Source: an uncultured Actinomycetota bacterium
GTDB taxonomy: Bacteria > Actinomycetota > Actinomycetes > Propionibacteriales > Nocardioidaceae
Length of the DNA stretch: 64,000 nt
NCBI GenBank assembly: GCA_963759975.1
Contig: CAVXBS010000018.1
Span: 495,798 to 559,797, forward strand
Direction of reading: 5' to 3'
Both the position numbers and the translations under genes were made by a program. Of the stretch, positions 19,074 to 28,754 are shown piece after piece. The stretch's first letter is position 1, and the number at the start of each line of letters is the position of its first letter. A model generated the notes under the pieces. It was not told the DNA's origin and made no database searches. It saw only the letters and a program-made list of their open reading frames with translations.

Positions 19074-20624
19074 CCATACGGGACCTCCTCGTGGCACGAG
19101 CCGAGCAGGACACGCCGGCGCTGCTGACCCACGAACGTACGTGGTCGTGGCGCGAGCTCGTCGCCGACGCATCGGCCCGAGCCGCCGCGATCGGTCGTCT
19201 GCTGGGTCCCGAGCGGCCGCCGCACGTCGGCCTGCTGATGGACAACTCCGCCGAGATGTTGCTCGGGCTCGCGGCTGCGGGCCTCGGCGGGCATGTCGCG
19301 GTCGGGGTCAACAGCACCCGCCGCGGTGAGGCGCTCGTGGCGGACCTGCGTCGCGCCGACGTCCAGGTGCTGCTGACCGACGCGACCCAGCGCCGCACTG
19401 CGTCGACGGACCTCGACCTCGACGGCATCCAGGTGATCGACACGATCAGGAGTGGGACGTGCCGCCGGCCGAGGCCCCGGACGCGTCGCCAGCCGACACT
19501 CTCTCTTCATGCTGATCTTCACGTCGGGCACGAGCGGGCGCCCCAAGGCCGTGCGCATCACGCACGAGAAGGTGACCTATCCGGGCGCGTACCTCAGCGA
19601 GCGGTTCGGGCTCTCCGCGGACGACGTGCACTACGTCGCGATGCCGCTGTTCCACTCCAACGCCGTGATGGCGGGCTGGGCGCCCGCCCTCGTCACCGGC
19701 GCTGCCGTGGCGCTGCGTGAGAAGTTCTCCGCCTCTGAGTTCCTGCCCGACGTTCGCCGGTTCGGCGCGACGTACGCGTCCTACGTCGGCAAGCCGCTGA
19801 CCTACGTCCTGGCGACGCCCGAGCAGCCGGACGACGCCGACAACCCGCTGCGCCTCGTCTTCGGCAACGAGGCCGGCGACCGTGACATCCAGGCGTTCGC
19901 GCGACGGTTCGGCTGCCGCGTCGTCGACGGATTCGGCTCCACCGAGAACGCCGTCGTGGTCAGCAAGCTCCCGGGCACGCCATCGGGTGCGCTCGGCTGG
20001 CCGGCCGACGGGGTCGCCGTGCACGACCCCGAGACCGGGCTCGAGTGCCCGCGCGCGACGCTGGACGCGAACGGCCGGGTGACCAACCTCGACGAGTGCG
20101 TCGGCGAGCTCGTGAACACCACCGGCGCCGGCCAGTTCGCCGGCTACTACAACGACGACGAGGCGACCTCCGAGCGGATGCGCGGCGGCATGTACTGGTC
20201 CGGCGACCTCGCCTATCGCGACGCCGACGGCTGGGTCTGGTTCGCCGGTCGAACGGCCGCGTGGCTCCGCGTCGACGGTGAGAACCTCGCCTGTGCGCCG
20301 ATCGAGCAGATCCTGCTGCGGCATCCGGCGATCGACCAGGCGGCGGTCTACGCCGTGCCCGACGAGCGCTCCGGCGACCAGGTTGCGGCGGCTCTGGTCC
20401 TGCGGGGCGAGCTGGGACCGGACGACCTCGAACGCTTCCTCGACGAGCAGCCTGACCTGTCACCCAAGGCGCGCCCCCGCTACGTACGCATCGTCGATGC
20501 CCTGCCCCGCACGGCGACGCACAAGGTGCTGCACCGCGAGCTGACCGCAGCCGGAATCGCCGACATCACCTGGACCCGCGAGGCCCGCGGCACGAGCTAC
20601 TCGCCCCCCTCGCCGGTCGAGTAG
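19070..20624 (+). CDS. fadD17: Steroid acyl-CoA synthetase FadD17 (frameshift near 19450)
   Basis: LIFTSGTSGRPKAV, MPLFHSNA, FGNE, GFGSTE, YWSGDL, RVDGEN. Confidence 0.82.
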
Positions 20625-20750
20625 TTGACCGAGCTCTGCGAGGGAGACGTATCGAGACCACGCGAGACGAAAGACTCACGCGAGCACTCGACGTCACCTG
20701 ACGTGGTCTCGATACGATCGCTCGTTCCTCGCGATCACTCGACCACCGAG
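20609..20750. repeat. REP-like inverted palindrome pair
   Basis: CTCGCCGGTCGAGT...CGTATCGAGACCACG and inverted CGTGGTCTCGATACG...ACTCGACCACCGAG; same family as 24362-24830. Confidence 0.8.
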
Positions 20751-20767
20751 TTGTCGCCTGTCGAGCC

Positions 20768-21871
20768 CTACAGAGACGACAGGCGTTTGATGGTTTCTTC
20801 GTACTCGTTGACCAGGTCGGCCATCACCTCGGCGACCGGACGGACGGAGTTCATCGAGCCGACGATCTGGCCCACCGGCATCGAGATGACGTCGGGGTTG
20901 CCGGCCGAGTTCATCCGGCTGTGCGCGTCGGCCACGAGGAGGTTCTGCAACGGCATGGGCAGCGGGCTGGGCGCTTCCTCGGTGTCCCACGCCTGGGTCC
21001 ACTTGGTCTTGAGCAGCCGGGCGGGCTTGCCCGTGTAGATACGTGTGCGCACGGTGTCGGCACTGGACGCCCGCAGGAACGCCTCGGTCATGCCGGCGTT
21101 GGTGTTGAGCTCCTGGTACTCCTCGGTCGTCAGCCACACCGAGCCGGTCCAGACCCCTTGCGCGCCGAGGGCGAGCGACGCGGCGACCTGGCGCCCTCGG
21201 CCGATGCCACCGGCGCCGAGCACGGCCACGTCAGGGCCGACCGCGTCCACGATCTCCGGGGTCAGCACCATGCTGGCGATCTCGCCGGTGTGGCCGCCGG
21301 CCTCGTAGCCCTGGGCGATGATGATGTCGACGCCGTTGGCCACGTGCGACAGCGCGTGCTTCGCCGCTCCGGCGAGCGCGGCGACCTGCACACCGGCTTC
21401 GTGGGCCTGGTCGATGATGTCCTTCGGCGGCGAGCCGAGAGCGTTGGCGATCAGCACCGGCCGGTGCTTGCCGCCCAGCGCCACGTCGACGTGCGAGCGC
21501 GCCACGGAGTGCAGCCAGCCCAGGACGCCGGCCCGGCCCTCACCCTCGGGCAACGGCGGGACGCCAAGCTGCTGAAGGGTCCGCTCGACGAACGAGATGT
21601 GCTCGTCGGGGATCATCGCCTGCAGGTCGACGGCCTTGCCCTCGGTGGGCACCTTCATCGGCATCACGACGTCGACGCCGTACGGCTTGCCGTCGGTGTT
21701 GTCGTCGAGCCAGTCGAGCGTCCGGTCGAGCTCATCGGCCTCGTTGAACCGGACGCAGCCCAGCACGCCGAGCCCGCCGGCCCGGGAGACCGCGGCGGCG
21801 ACGTGCTCGGAGGGGGTGAACGCGAAGATCGGGTACTGGATCCCGAACCGCTCGCAGAGCTCAGTGTGCAT
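20768..21871 (-). CDS. Nitronate monooxygenase/FabK-family flavin oxidoreductase
   Basis: 367 aa; AVSRAGGLG, AQGYEAGGHTG, AGGIGRG. Confidence 0.85.
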   Translation of the reverse strand: MHTELCERFGIQYPIFAFTPSEHVAAAVSRAGGLGVLGCVRFNEADELDRTLDWLDDNTDGKPYGVDVVMPMKVPTEGKAVDLQAMIPDEHISFVERTLQQLGVPPLPEGEGRAGVLGWLHSVARSHVDVALGGKHRPVLIANALGSPPKDIIDQAHEAGVQVAALAGAAKHALSHVANGVDIIIAQGYEAGGHTGEIASMVLTPEIVDAVGPDVAVLGAGGIGRGRQVAASLALGAQGVWTGSVWLTTEEYQELNTNAGMTEAFLRASSADTVRTRIYTGKPARLLKTKWTQAWDTEEAPSPLPMPLQNLLVADAHSRMNSAGNPDVISMPVGQIVGSMNSVRPVAEVMADLVNEYEETIKRLSSL

Positions 21872-23495
21872 CGGCGACAGCTCCCCGGTGCGTGGCTTCG
21901 GCGATCTCCTTGGCGGCCGGGTAGTTCGCCTTGCCCGTCGCGGTGCGCGGGATCTCGTCGACGTACGCGACCGAGCGCGGCAGCTTGTAGCCCGAGAGCA
22001 GCCTGCGCAGGTGCGTCTGCAGGTCTTCGAGGGTCGGCGGCTCGGTGGATCGCGACTGGATCACGGCCGACACATGGTGCCCCCACTTCTCGTCGGGAAG
22101 GCCCACGACGAGCGCGTCGTAGACGTCGGGATGGCTCTTGAGCGCCATCTCGACCTCCTCGGGGTAGACCTTCTCGCCGCCGGTGTTGATGCAGTTCGAG
22201 CCGCGGCCCAGCAGCGTCACCTTGTTGTCCTGCTCGATGCGGGCGTAGTCGCCCGGCACCGAGTAGCGCTTGCCGTCGACCTCGAGGAACGTACGCGCGG
22301 ACTTCTCCGGGTCGCGGTAGTAGCCGATCGGGACGCTGCCGGAGCGGGCGAGCCGGCCGATCGCGCCGACGTTGGCTGCGTCGATGACCCGGTTGTGGTC
22401 GTCGAGCACGACGGTCTCGGCACCGAGCGCGACGACAGGACCCTGCCCCTGGATGTTCTCGCTGTCCTGCAGGCCGGTGCCGGAGAACCCGGTCTCCGAC
22501 GACCCGATCGAGTCGGTGAAGAACGCGTTGGGGAAGGCCTTCATCCAGACCTCCTTGACCGGGCGGCTGAAGATCGCGGCGCTGCTGGCGACGGCGACGA
22601 GGGAGCTGCCGTCGTAGCTGCCGGCTTCGTACGCCTCGATCAGCGGTCGTGCCATCGCGTCGCCCGTCATGAAGATCAGCTGGACCTTCTCGCGGTCGAT
22701 GATGCGCCAGGTCTCCTCGGGGTTGAACGCGGGCTCGAGGATCGTCAGGTGCCCGGCGAACAGGTGCATCAGCATCGCCGCCTGCGCGCCGCCGTGCATC
22801 AGCGGGCTGAGCGGGAACGTCACCATCGGGTCGGTGGTCTTGGCGGTCTCGGACTGCGTGAACTCCTCGATGCGGTTGCCCGTCATGAAGTCGATGCCAC
22901 CGCCGAGGACGCGCCAGAAGTCCTCGTGCCGCCACATCACGCCCTTGGGGAAGCCCGTCGTGCCGCCGGTGTAGACGATGTAGAGGTCGTCGCCGCTGCG
23001 CGCACCGAAGTCGCGCTCGGCACTCTGCCCGGCCAACGCCTCGTCCCACGTGATCCCGCCGAACAGCGAGAGGTCGGCGTCGCTGTCGGGAGCCGTCGGG
23101 TCGGGCATCGCCACGATTGTCTTGAGCGCCGGGTGCTGCGGCGCGGTGGCCGCGACCATCTCGGCGTACGGGCGCTCGTGCAGCAGCGCGATCATGTCGG
23201 AGTTCTCGATGAGGTAGCTGAGCTCGGCCTCGACGTACCGGTAGTTCACGTTGATCGCGACGGCCCGGATCTTGAAGATCGCCAGCAGCGCCACGACGTG
23301 CTCGATGCTGTTCTTGGCGTAGATCCCGACGTGGTCGCCTGCTCCGATGCCGCGAGACGCGAGGAAGTGCGCGAGCTGGTTGGACTGCGCCTCCAGCTCG
23401 GCATAGGTCATCTTGCGGCTCCCGACCTGGAGGATCGGGCGGTCGGGTACGGCATCGACGGCGTGCTCGAACAAGTCGGCAATGTTCAGTGGCAT
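21861..23495 (-). CDS. fadD19: Steroid-26-oyl-CoA ligase FadD19
   Basis: [14 protein letters not shown]; [18 protein letters not shown]; [14 protein letters not shown]. Confidence 0.9.
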   Translation of the reverse strand: MPLNIADLFEHAVDAVPDRPILQVGSRKMTYAELEAQSNQLAHFLASRGIGAGDHVGIYAKNSIEHVVALLAIFKIRAVAINVNYRYVEAELSYLIENSDMIALLHERPYAEMVAATAPQHPALKTIVAMPDPTAPDSDADLSLFGGITWDEALAGQSAERDFGARSGDDLYIVYTGGTTGFPKGVMWRHEDFWRVLGGGIDFMTGNRIEEFTQSETAKTTDPMVTFPLSPLMHGGAQAAMLMHLFAGHLTILEPAFNPEETWRIIDREKVQLIFMTGDAMARPLIEAYEAGSYDGSSLVAVASSAAIFSRPVKEVWMKAFPNAFFTDSIGSSETGFSGTGLQDSENIQGQGPVVALGAETVVLDDHNRVIDAANVGAIGRLARSGSVPIGYYRDPEKSARTFLEVDGKRYSVPGDYARIEQDNKVTLLGRGSNCINTGGEKVYPEEVEMALKSHPDVYDALVVGLPDEKWGHHVSAVIQSRSTEPPTLEDLQTHLRRLLSGYKLPRSVAYVDEIPRTATGKANYPAAKEIAEATHRGAVADAH

Positions 23496-23506
23496 GCGCC
23501 CAAGAC

Positions 23507-23520
23507 TAGAACACGTTCTC
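23507..23520. promoter_or_regulatory. KstR operator between fadD19 and echA19
   Basis: TAGAACACGTTCTC. Confidence 0.8.
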
Positions 23521-23541
23521 GTTTTTGACTACGCTCTCGTC

Positions 23542-24336
23542 ATGCCCACCAACGCTGCCCACTGCCTCGTCGAGCTCGAAGGCAACACCCTCGTCGTCAC
23601 GATGAACCGTCCGGAGGCGCGCAACGCGCTGTCCGGCGAGATGCTCGAGATCATGAGCGACGCCTGGGACCGCACCAACTCCGACCCTCAGGTCAAGGTC
23701 GTGATCCTGACCGGTGCGGGGGGCTACTTCTGCGCGGGCGCCGACCTCAAGTCCATGTCATCCTCGGCGCCGTCGGACAAGTTCGAGTCCGGCGAGTTCG
23801 ACCCCGCCATCATCAAGCCGCTGCTCAAGGGCTTCCGGCTGACCAAGCCGCTCATCGCGGCGGTCGAGGGCCCGGCGATCGCCGGAGGCACCGAGATCCT
23901 GCAGGCGACCGACATCCGCGTCGCGGGCGAGTCGGCGCGGTTCGGCGTCTCCGAGCCCAAGTGGGGCCTCTATCCCCTGGGCGGATCGGCCGTACGCCTG
24001 CCGCGCCAGCTCCCGTACACCGTGGCAGCGGACCTGCTGCTGACCGGCCGGCACATCAAGGCGCCGGAGGCCAAGGAGATCGGACTGATCGGGCACGTCG
24101 TCCCCGACGGCGAAGCACTCGCCAAGGCGCACGAGATCGCGGATCTGATCGCCGCCAACGGACCTCTCGCGGTGCAGGCGGTGCTCAAGACGATCCGTGA
24201 CTCCGAGGGCAAGCACGAGGACGACTGCTGGCAGGCCGACGCCGCCGTCGGCGCCGCGGTGTTCGCGTCCGAGGACGCCAAGGAAGGCCCCCGCGCGTTC
24301 GCCGAAAGGCGTACGCCCAACTTCCAAGGCAAGTAG
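23542..24336 (+). CDS. echA19: Enoyl-CoA hydratase EchA19
   Basis: [36 protein letters not shown]; divergent from fadD19 as in mycobacteria. Confidence 0.88.
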   Translation: MPTNAAHCLVELEGNTLVVTMNRPEARNALSGEMLEIMSDAWDRTNSDPQVKVVILTGAGGYFCAGADLKSMSSSAPSDKFESGEFDPAIIKPLLKGFRLTKPLIAAVEGPAIAGGTEILQATDIRVAGESARFGVSEPKWGLYPLGGSAVRLPRQLPYTVAADLLLTGRHIKAPEAKEIGLIGHVVPDGEALAKAHEIADLIAANGPLAVQAVLKTIRDSEGKHEDDCWQADAAVGAAVFASEDAKEGPRAFAERRTPNFQGK

Positions 24337-24341
24337 AACCA

Positions 24342-24830
24342 CTCGCCGGTCGAGTAGCCCATCTCGCCGGTCGAGTGGGGAGGCCGTCCGCGGCCGACCC
24401 GTGTCGAGACCTCGTGAGCTCACCGGCACGAGCAAGCCCTTCAACTTCCGAGGTCTCGATACGCCGCTCGCAGAGCGAGCTTGCTACTCGACCGACGAGA
24501 TGGTTCAGCCGACGCTTTTTCTCGCCGGTCGAGTGGGGAGGCCGCCCGCGGCCGACCCGTATCGAGACCTCGTGAGCTCGACGGCACGAGCAAGCCCTTC
24601 GACTTCCGAGGTCTCGATACGCCGCTCGCAGAGCGAGCTTGCTACTCGATCGGCGAGATGGTTCAGCCGACGCTTTTTCTCGCCGGTCGAGTGGGGAGGC
24701 CGTCCGCGGCCGACCCGTATCGAGACCTCGTGAGCTCGACGGCACGAGCAAGCCCTTCGACTTCCGAGGTCTCGATACGCCGCTCGCAGAGCGAGCCTGC
24801 TACTCGACCGGCGAGATGGTTCAGCCGACG
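24342..24830. repeat. Tandem array of three 158-bp REP-doublet units plus a partial copy
   Basis: Units start at 24362, 24520 and 24678 and are near-identical; each holds two inverted palindromic elements; partial CTCGCCGGTCGAGTAG at 24342. Confidence 0.92.
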
Positions 24831-26389
24831 TTGCGGTCCCCGGTCCAGAAGCGGGCGCGCAGGGCCTTCTTGTCGGGCTTGCCCAACGCGGTCAGTGGCA
24901 GCGAGTCCGCAACGATGACCTCCTTGGGCGACTGCACGGCACCCTTGCGCTCCTTGACCGAGGCCTGGATCTCCGTCTTGAGCTGGCTGAGCGAACGACC
25001 GTCGCGCTTCGCGTCCTCCCGGAGCACGACGATCGCCGTGACGGCCTCGCCGAACTTCTCGTGCGGCGTGCCGATCACGCCGACCTGGGCGACGGCCGGG
25101 TGCTCGGCGATGACGTCCTCGACCTCCCGCGGGAAGACGTTGAACCCGCCGCTGACGATCATGTCCTTGACCCGGTCGACGATGAACCAGAATCCGTCCT
25201 CGTCCTCACGGGCGATGTCGCCCGTGTGCAGCCAGCCGTCATGGAACGCCTCGGCGGTCTCGTCCGGCTTGTTGAGGTAGCCGCCAGCCAGCACCGGGCC
25301 GGCGACGCAGATCTCGCCCGGCTGCCCCTGCTCGACGGGCTTGCCGTCCTCACCGAGCAGGGCCGTACGGAGGAAGGCGCTCGGGCGTCCGCAGCTGGCC
25401 AGCCGTTCGGGCGTGTGGTCGGCCTTGGCGAGGTACGAGATCACCATGGGGCACTCGGACTGGCCGAAGAACTGGGCGAAGATCGGCCCGAACCGTTCGA
25501 TCGCCTCGGCCAGGCGCGTCGGGTTGATCGGCGCCGCACCGTAGTAGACCGTCTCGAGGCTCGACAGGTCACGCGTGTGCGAGTCCGGATGGTCCATCAG
25601 GGCGTACAGCATGCTCGGGACCAGCATCGTCGCGCTGATCTTCTGCTCCTCGATCGTCCGCAGCACCGTCGCCGGGTCGAAGCCGGGCAGCACGACGAGG
25701 CGGCCACCCTTGGCCACCGTGGGCGCGAAGAACGCGGCGCCGGCGTGCGACAGCGGCGTGCAGATGAGGAACGTCGGCGTCTCGGGCCACTCCCACTCGG
25801 CCAGCTGCACCTGCGTCATCGCGGCAATGCTCGAGGCCGTGCCGATCACGCCCTTGGGCGTGCCCGTCGTGCCGCCGGTGTACGTGATGCCGACGACGTG
25901 GTCCGGCGCCAGCTCCTTCGCCACCAGCGGCTGGGCGTCGTACGTCGCTGCCTTGGCGGCCAGGTCGTCGATCGTGATGACGGTCTCGAGCGACGGCACC
26001 TTCTCCTTCAGCGCCTCCGCCCGCTCCAGGAATGTCGGGATGTTGTCGACGATCAGAGCCGTCGCACCGGCGTCGTCGAGCACGTACGCGTGGTCATCCA
26101 GCGAGCCGAGCGGGTGCAGCGCCGTACGCCGATAGCCCTGGGTCTGGCCCGCGCCGATCAGGAACAGCACCTCCGGGCGGTTGGCGGCCAGCAGGCCGAC
26201 GGCCGTGCCCGTGCCGGCGCCCATGTCCTCCAGCGCGCGGACGTAGCGGCTCATCTGGTCGGCCATCTCCTGGCCCGTGATGCTGCGGTCCCCGAGCTGC
26301 AGGACCGGGGCGTCGCGGTGCCGCTTGAGCGATCCCAGGAGCATCTCCCCCGAGTGCGGTCCGCGGTGGATGTCGGCGTCGAGTGTCAT
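24821..26389 (-). CDS. Acyl-CoA synthetase, FadD8-like
   Basis: YTGGTTGTPKGV, QLAEWEWP, TPLSHAG, GWLHTGD, GGFNVFPREVE. Confidence 0.82.
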   Translation of the reverse strand: MTLDADIHRGPHSGEMLLGSLKRHRDAPVLQLGDRSITGQEMADQMSRYVRALEDMGAGTGTAVGLLAANRPEVLFLIGAGQTQGYRRTALHPLGSLDDHAYVLDDAGATALIVDNIPTFLERAEALKEKVPSLETVITIDDLAAKAATYDAQPLVAKELAPDHVVGITYTGGTTGTPKGVIGTASSIAAMTQVQLAEWEWPETPTFLICTPLSHAGAAFFAPTVAKGGRLVVLPGFDPATVLRTIEEQKISATMLVPSMLYALMDHPDSHTRDLSSLETVYYGAAPINPTRLAEAIERFGPIFAQFFGQSECPMVISYLAKADHTPERLASCGRPSAFLRTALLGEDGKPVEQGQPGEICVAGPVLAGGYLNKPDETAEAFHDGWLHTGDIAREDEDGFWFIVDRVKDMIVSGGFNVFPREVEDVIAEHPAVAQVGVIGTPHEKFGEAVTAIVVLREDAKRDGRSLSQLKTEIQASVKERKGAVQSPKEVIVADSLPLTALGKPDKKALRARFWTGDRNVG

Positions 26390-26391
26390 GT

Positions 26392-27240
26392 CTAGCGAGC
26401 TCCCTTGCCCGGGCCCTTGACCCGCGGATCGTCCTTGAAGTTGATCGCGTCGCGCTCCGATGCGCCCACGGTGTTGATCGTGATGCCGCCGTCGACGTCG
26501 AGGATCGTGCCGGTGACGTACGAGGAGGCGTCCGACGCAAGGAACAGTGCAGCGTCGGCGATGTCGGCGTGCGTGCCCCACCGGCGCAGCGGGGTCGACG
26601 CCGTGATGTGCTCCTTGATGCCGGGCATCGTCGCGATGACGTTGTCCATGCCCCAGGTGTCCTCGATCGGACCTGGGCTGATGCCGTTGACGCGTACGCC
26701 CGCAGGGCCCCACTCGATCGCGAGGCACTTGGTCAGCATGTTGACCGCAGCCTTGGACGCGCAGACGTGGCTCTGGAACGCCAGGGGCTTGACCGCCTCG
26801 GGCGCCGTGATCGCGATCAACGACGCGCCCGGTGCGCGGAGGTGCTCGAAGCTCGCGCGGTAGAGGTTGAACGTGCCCATGAGGTCGATGTCGACGACGG
26901 ACTGGAATGCCGTGGACGACATGCCGAGCGCCGGCGCGTAGAAGTTGCCGGCCTGACCCGCCACGACGATGTCGATGCCGCCGAACGTGTCGGCGGTCTC
27001 CTGCATCGTCTCGGCGATGCGGTCGTAGTCGCGGGCATCGGCGGGCAGCCCGAGGGCCTCGCCGCCCGCCTCGGTGATCTCCTTGGCGGCCGAGGCGCAG
27101 CGCTCGACGTCGCGGCTCATCACGACGACCTTGGCGCCCTGCTCGGCGTACCGCTTCGCGATCGCGAGGTTGAACCCCCGCGTGCCGCCGGCGACGTAGG
27201 CAACCTTGCCCTCGAGGACATTCGTGCCGAACACAGTCAT
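26392..27240 (-). CDS. SDR, 2,4-dienoyl-CoA reductase-like
   Basis: AGGTRGFN, AGNFYAPALGMS, VVDIDLMGTFN, HVCASK (no catalytic Tyr), EWGPAGVRVNGISPGPI. Confidence 0.75.
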   Translation of the reverse strand: MTVFGTNVLEGKVAYVAGGTRGFNLAIAKRYAEQGAKVVVMSRDVERCASAAKEITEAGGEALGLPADARDYDRIAETMQETADTFGGIDIVVAGQAGNFYAPALGMSSTAFQSVVDIDLMGTFNLYRASFEHLRAPGASLIAITAPEAVKPLAFQSHVCASKAAVNMLTKCLAIEWGPAGVRVNGISPGPIEDTWGMDNVIATMPGIKEHITASTPLRRWGTHADIADAALFLASDASSYVTGTILDVDGGITINTVGASERDAINFKDDPRVKGPGKGAR

Positions 27241-27698
27241 GCCTGCTCCCCCTTGGTGAATGACGCCATCGCGCGTTCGGGCTCCCAATAGGCCTTCATC
27301 GACGCCACCCGCCCGTCGTCGTGCACGGTGTAGACCATGATCAGGTCGGTCGTGCTGTAGCTCCCGTCACCGAACGTCGTCCTGATCCGGCCGATGTTGG
27401 CGCACGTGGCGCTTCCGGGATTGGCGAACGAGTCATTGATCTCGAACGCGAACCGGTCGATGGGGGCGATCGCGGCCTCCCAGAAGGCCCGGATGCCGTC
27501 GTGGCCGCGGTGGCCCTTGCCGTCCGGGTCGAACATCGACGGTCCGACCGGGTCCTCGATCACGGCGTCCTCGGCGTACACCGTGAGCCACTCGTCGAGA
27601 TCGCCCTTGGCGACAGCGGAGTAGGAGCGCTGCGAGGCGGTGCGGGCGGGGTGCGGGTCGTTGGGGGCGTTCCAGGTGATGGCGTCCGACGAGATCAT
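27237..27698 (-). CDS. NTF2/SnoaL-fold ketosteroid isomerase-like protein
   Basis: YAEDAVIEDPVG...HRGHDGIRAFW...MKAYW. Confidence 0.78.
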   Translation of the reverse strand: MISSDAITWNAPNDPHPARTASQRSYSAVAKGDLDEWLTVYAEDAVIEDPVGPSMFDPDGKGHRGHDGIRAFWEAAIAPIDRFAFEINDSFANPGSATCANIGRIRTTFGDGSYSTTDLIMVYTVHDDGRVASMKAYWEPERAMASFTKGEQA

Positions 27699-27709
27699 GT
27701 CCGCGATTC

Positions 27710-27723
27710 TAGAACACGTTCTA
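27710..27723. promoter_or_regulatory. KstR operator (NTF2-SDR-FadD8 side)
   Basis: TAGAACACGTTCTA. Confidence 0.85.
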
Positions 27724-27772
27724 CTTTATTTGATAGGGCTCGCTTCCGTCGGAGGGCACTTGCAGGCAAAAC

Positions 27773-27786
27773 TAGAACATGTTTCA
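27773..27786. promoter_or_regulatory. KstR operator (Rv3521-like/ltp4/ltp3 side)
   Basis: TAGAACATGTTTCA. Confidence 0.8.
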
Positions 27787-27794
27787 CTTTCTCC

Positions 27795-28754
27795 ATGACA
27801 GTTGTCGGGACCCTGCACGCGCCCATGAAGGTCGAGTTCGACTACACCAGGTCCCTGGGGCCGACGCTCTCGGAGTTCATGACCGGCCTCAAACGTCGTC
27901 AGATCCTCGGTGGCACGCTCTCCGACGGGACGGTCGCCGTGCCCCCGCCGGAGTACGACCCGCACACGTACGACCCGGTCACCGGGCTGGTTCCGGTCAG
28001 CGACGAGGGCGTCGTGCAGACCTGGGCCTGGGTGCCCGAGCCGGTCCCGGGCCAGCCGCTCGACCGGCCGTTCGCGTTCGCGCAGGTCGTGCTCGACGGC
28101 GCCGACCGGCCGCTCCTGCACGCGGTCGCGGTCGACTCGGCCGACCAGATCCAGACCGGCATGCGCGTGCGAGCGCGCTGGGCCGAGGAGACCGTCGGCG
28201 CGATCACGGACATTCGCTGGTTCGAGCCCCTCGACGACTCCCCCGCGACCACGCCCGGCGCTGAGGGCGACGAGCCGGTCACCGGCATCGTCTCGCCGGT
28301 GCACCTCGAGTACGACTTCGCCGCGTCGCCCGAGGAGTCGGCATTCTTCCGCGGCCTCGCGGAGGGACGCATCCTCGGTCAGCGCTGCCCGGTGTGCGAG
28401 AAGGTCTACGTGCCACCGCGCGGCGCCTGCCCCGTCGACGGGGTGCCGACGACGACGGTCGTCGAGGTGCCCGACACCGGCATCGTCACGACGTTCTGCA
28501 TCGTCAACGTGCCGTTCCTCGGCCAGAAGATCACGCCGCCGTACGTCTCGGCGTACATGCTGCTCGACGGCGCCGACATCGCGTTCCTGCACCTGCTCCT
28601 GGGCGTCGACCCCGCCGACGTACGCATGGGGATGCGGGTCAAGGCGGTCTGGAAGCCACGAGACGAGTGGGGCACGACGATCGAGAACATCAGCCACTTC
28701 GAGCCGACCGGGGAACCGGACGCCGACTTCGAGACCTACCAGGTGCACCTCTGA
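27795..28754 (+). CDS. Zn-ribbon/OB-fold (DUF35) protein, Rv3521-like
   Basis: FDYTRSLGP, PPPEYDP, CPVC...YVPPRGACP; precedes ltp4/ltp3. Confidence 0.85.
   Translation: MTVVGTLHAPMKVEFDYTRSLGPTLSEFMTGLKRRQILGGTLSDGTVAVPPPEYDPHTYDPVTGLVPVSDEGVVQTWAWVPEPVPGQPLDRPFAFAQVVLDGADRPLLHAVAVDSADQIQTGMRVRARWAEETVGAITDIRWFEPLDDSPATTPGAEGDEPVTGIVSPVHLEYDFAASPEESAFFRGLAEGRILGQRCPVCEKVYVPPRGACPVDGVPTTTVVEVPDTGIVTTFCIVNVPFLGQKITPPYVSAYMLLDGADIAFLHLLLGVDPADVRMGMRVKAVWKPRDEWGTTIENISHFEPTGEPDADFETYQVHL

Noticed and set aside
24342-24830. CRISPR array
   Set aside because: Whole 158-bp units are repeated with no unique spacers, and no cas genes are present; fits a REP/BIME-like tandem repeat
24185-25280. ORFs spanning the tandem repeat
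   Set aside because: Products of translating the repeat; no independent coding signal
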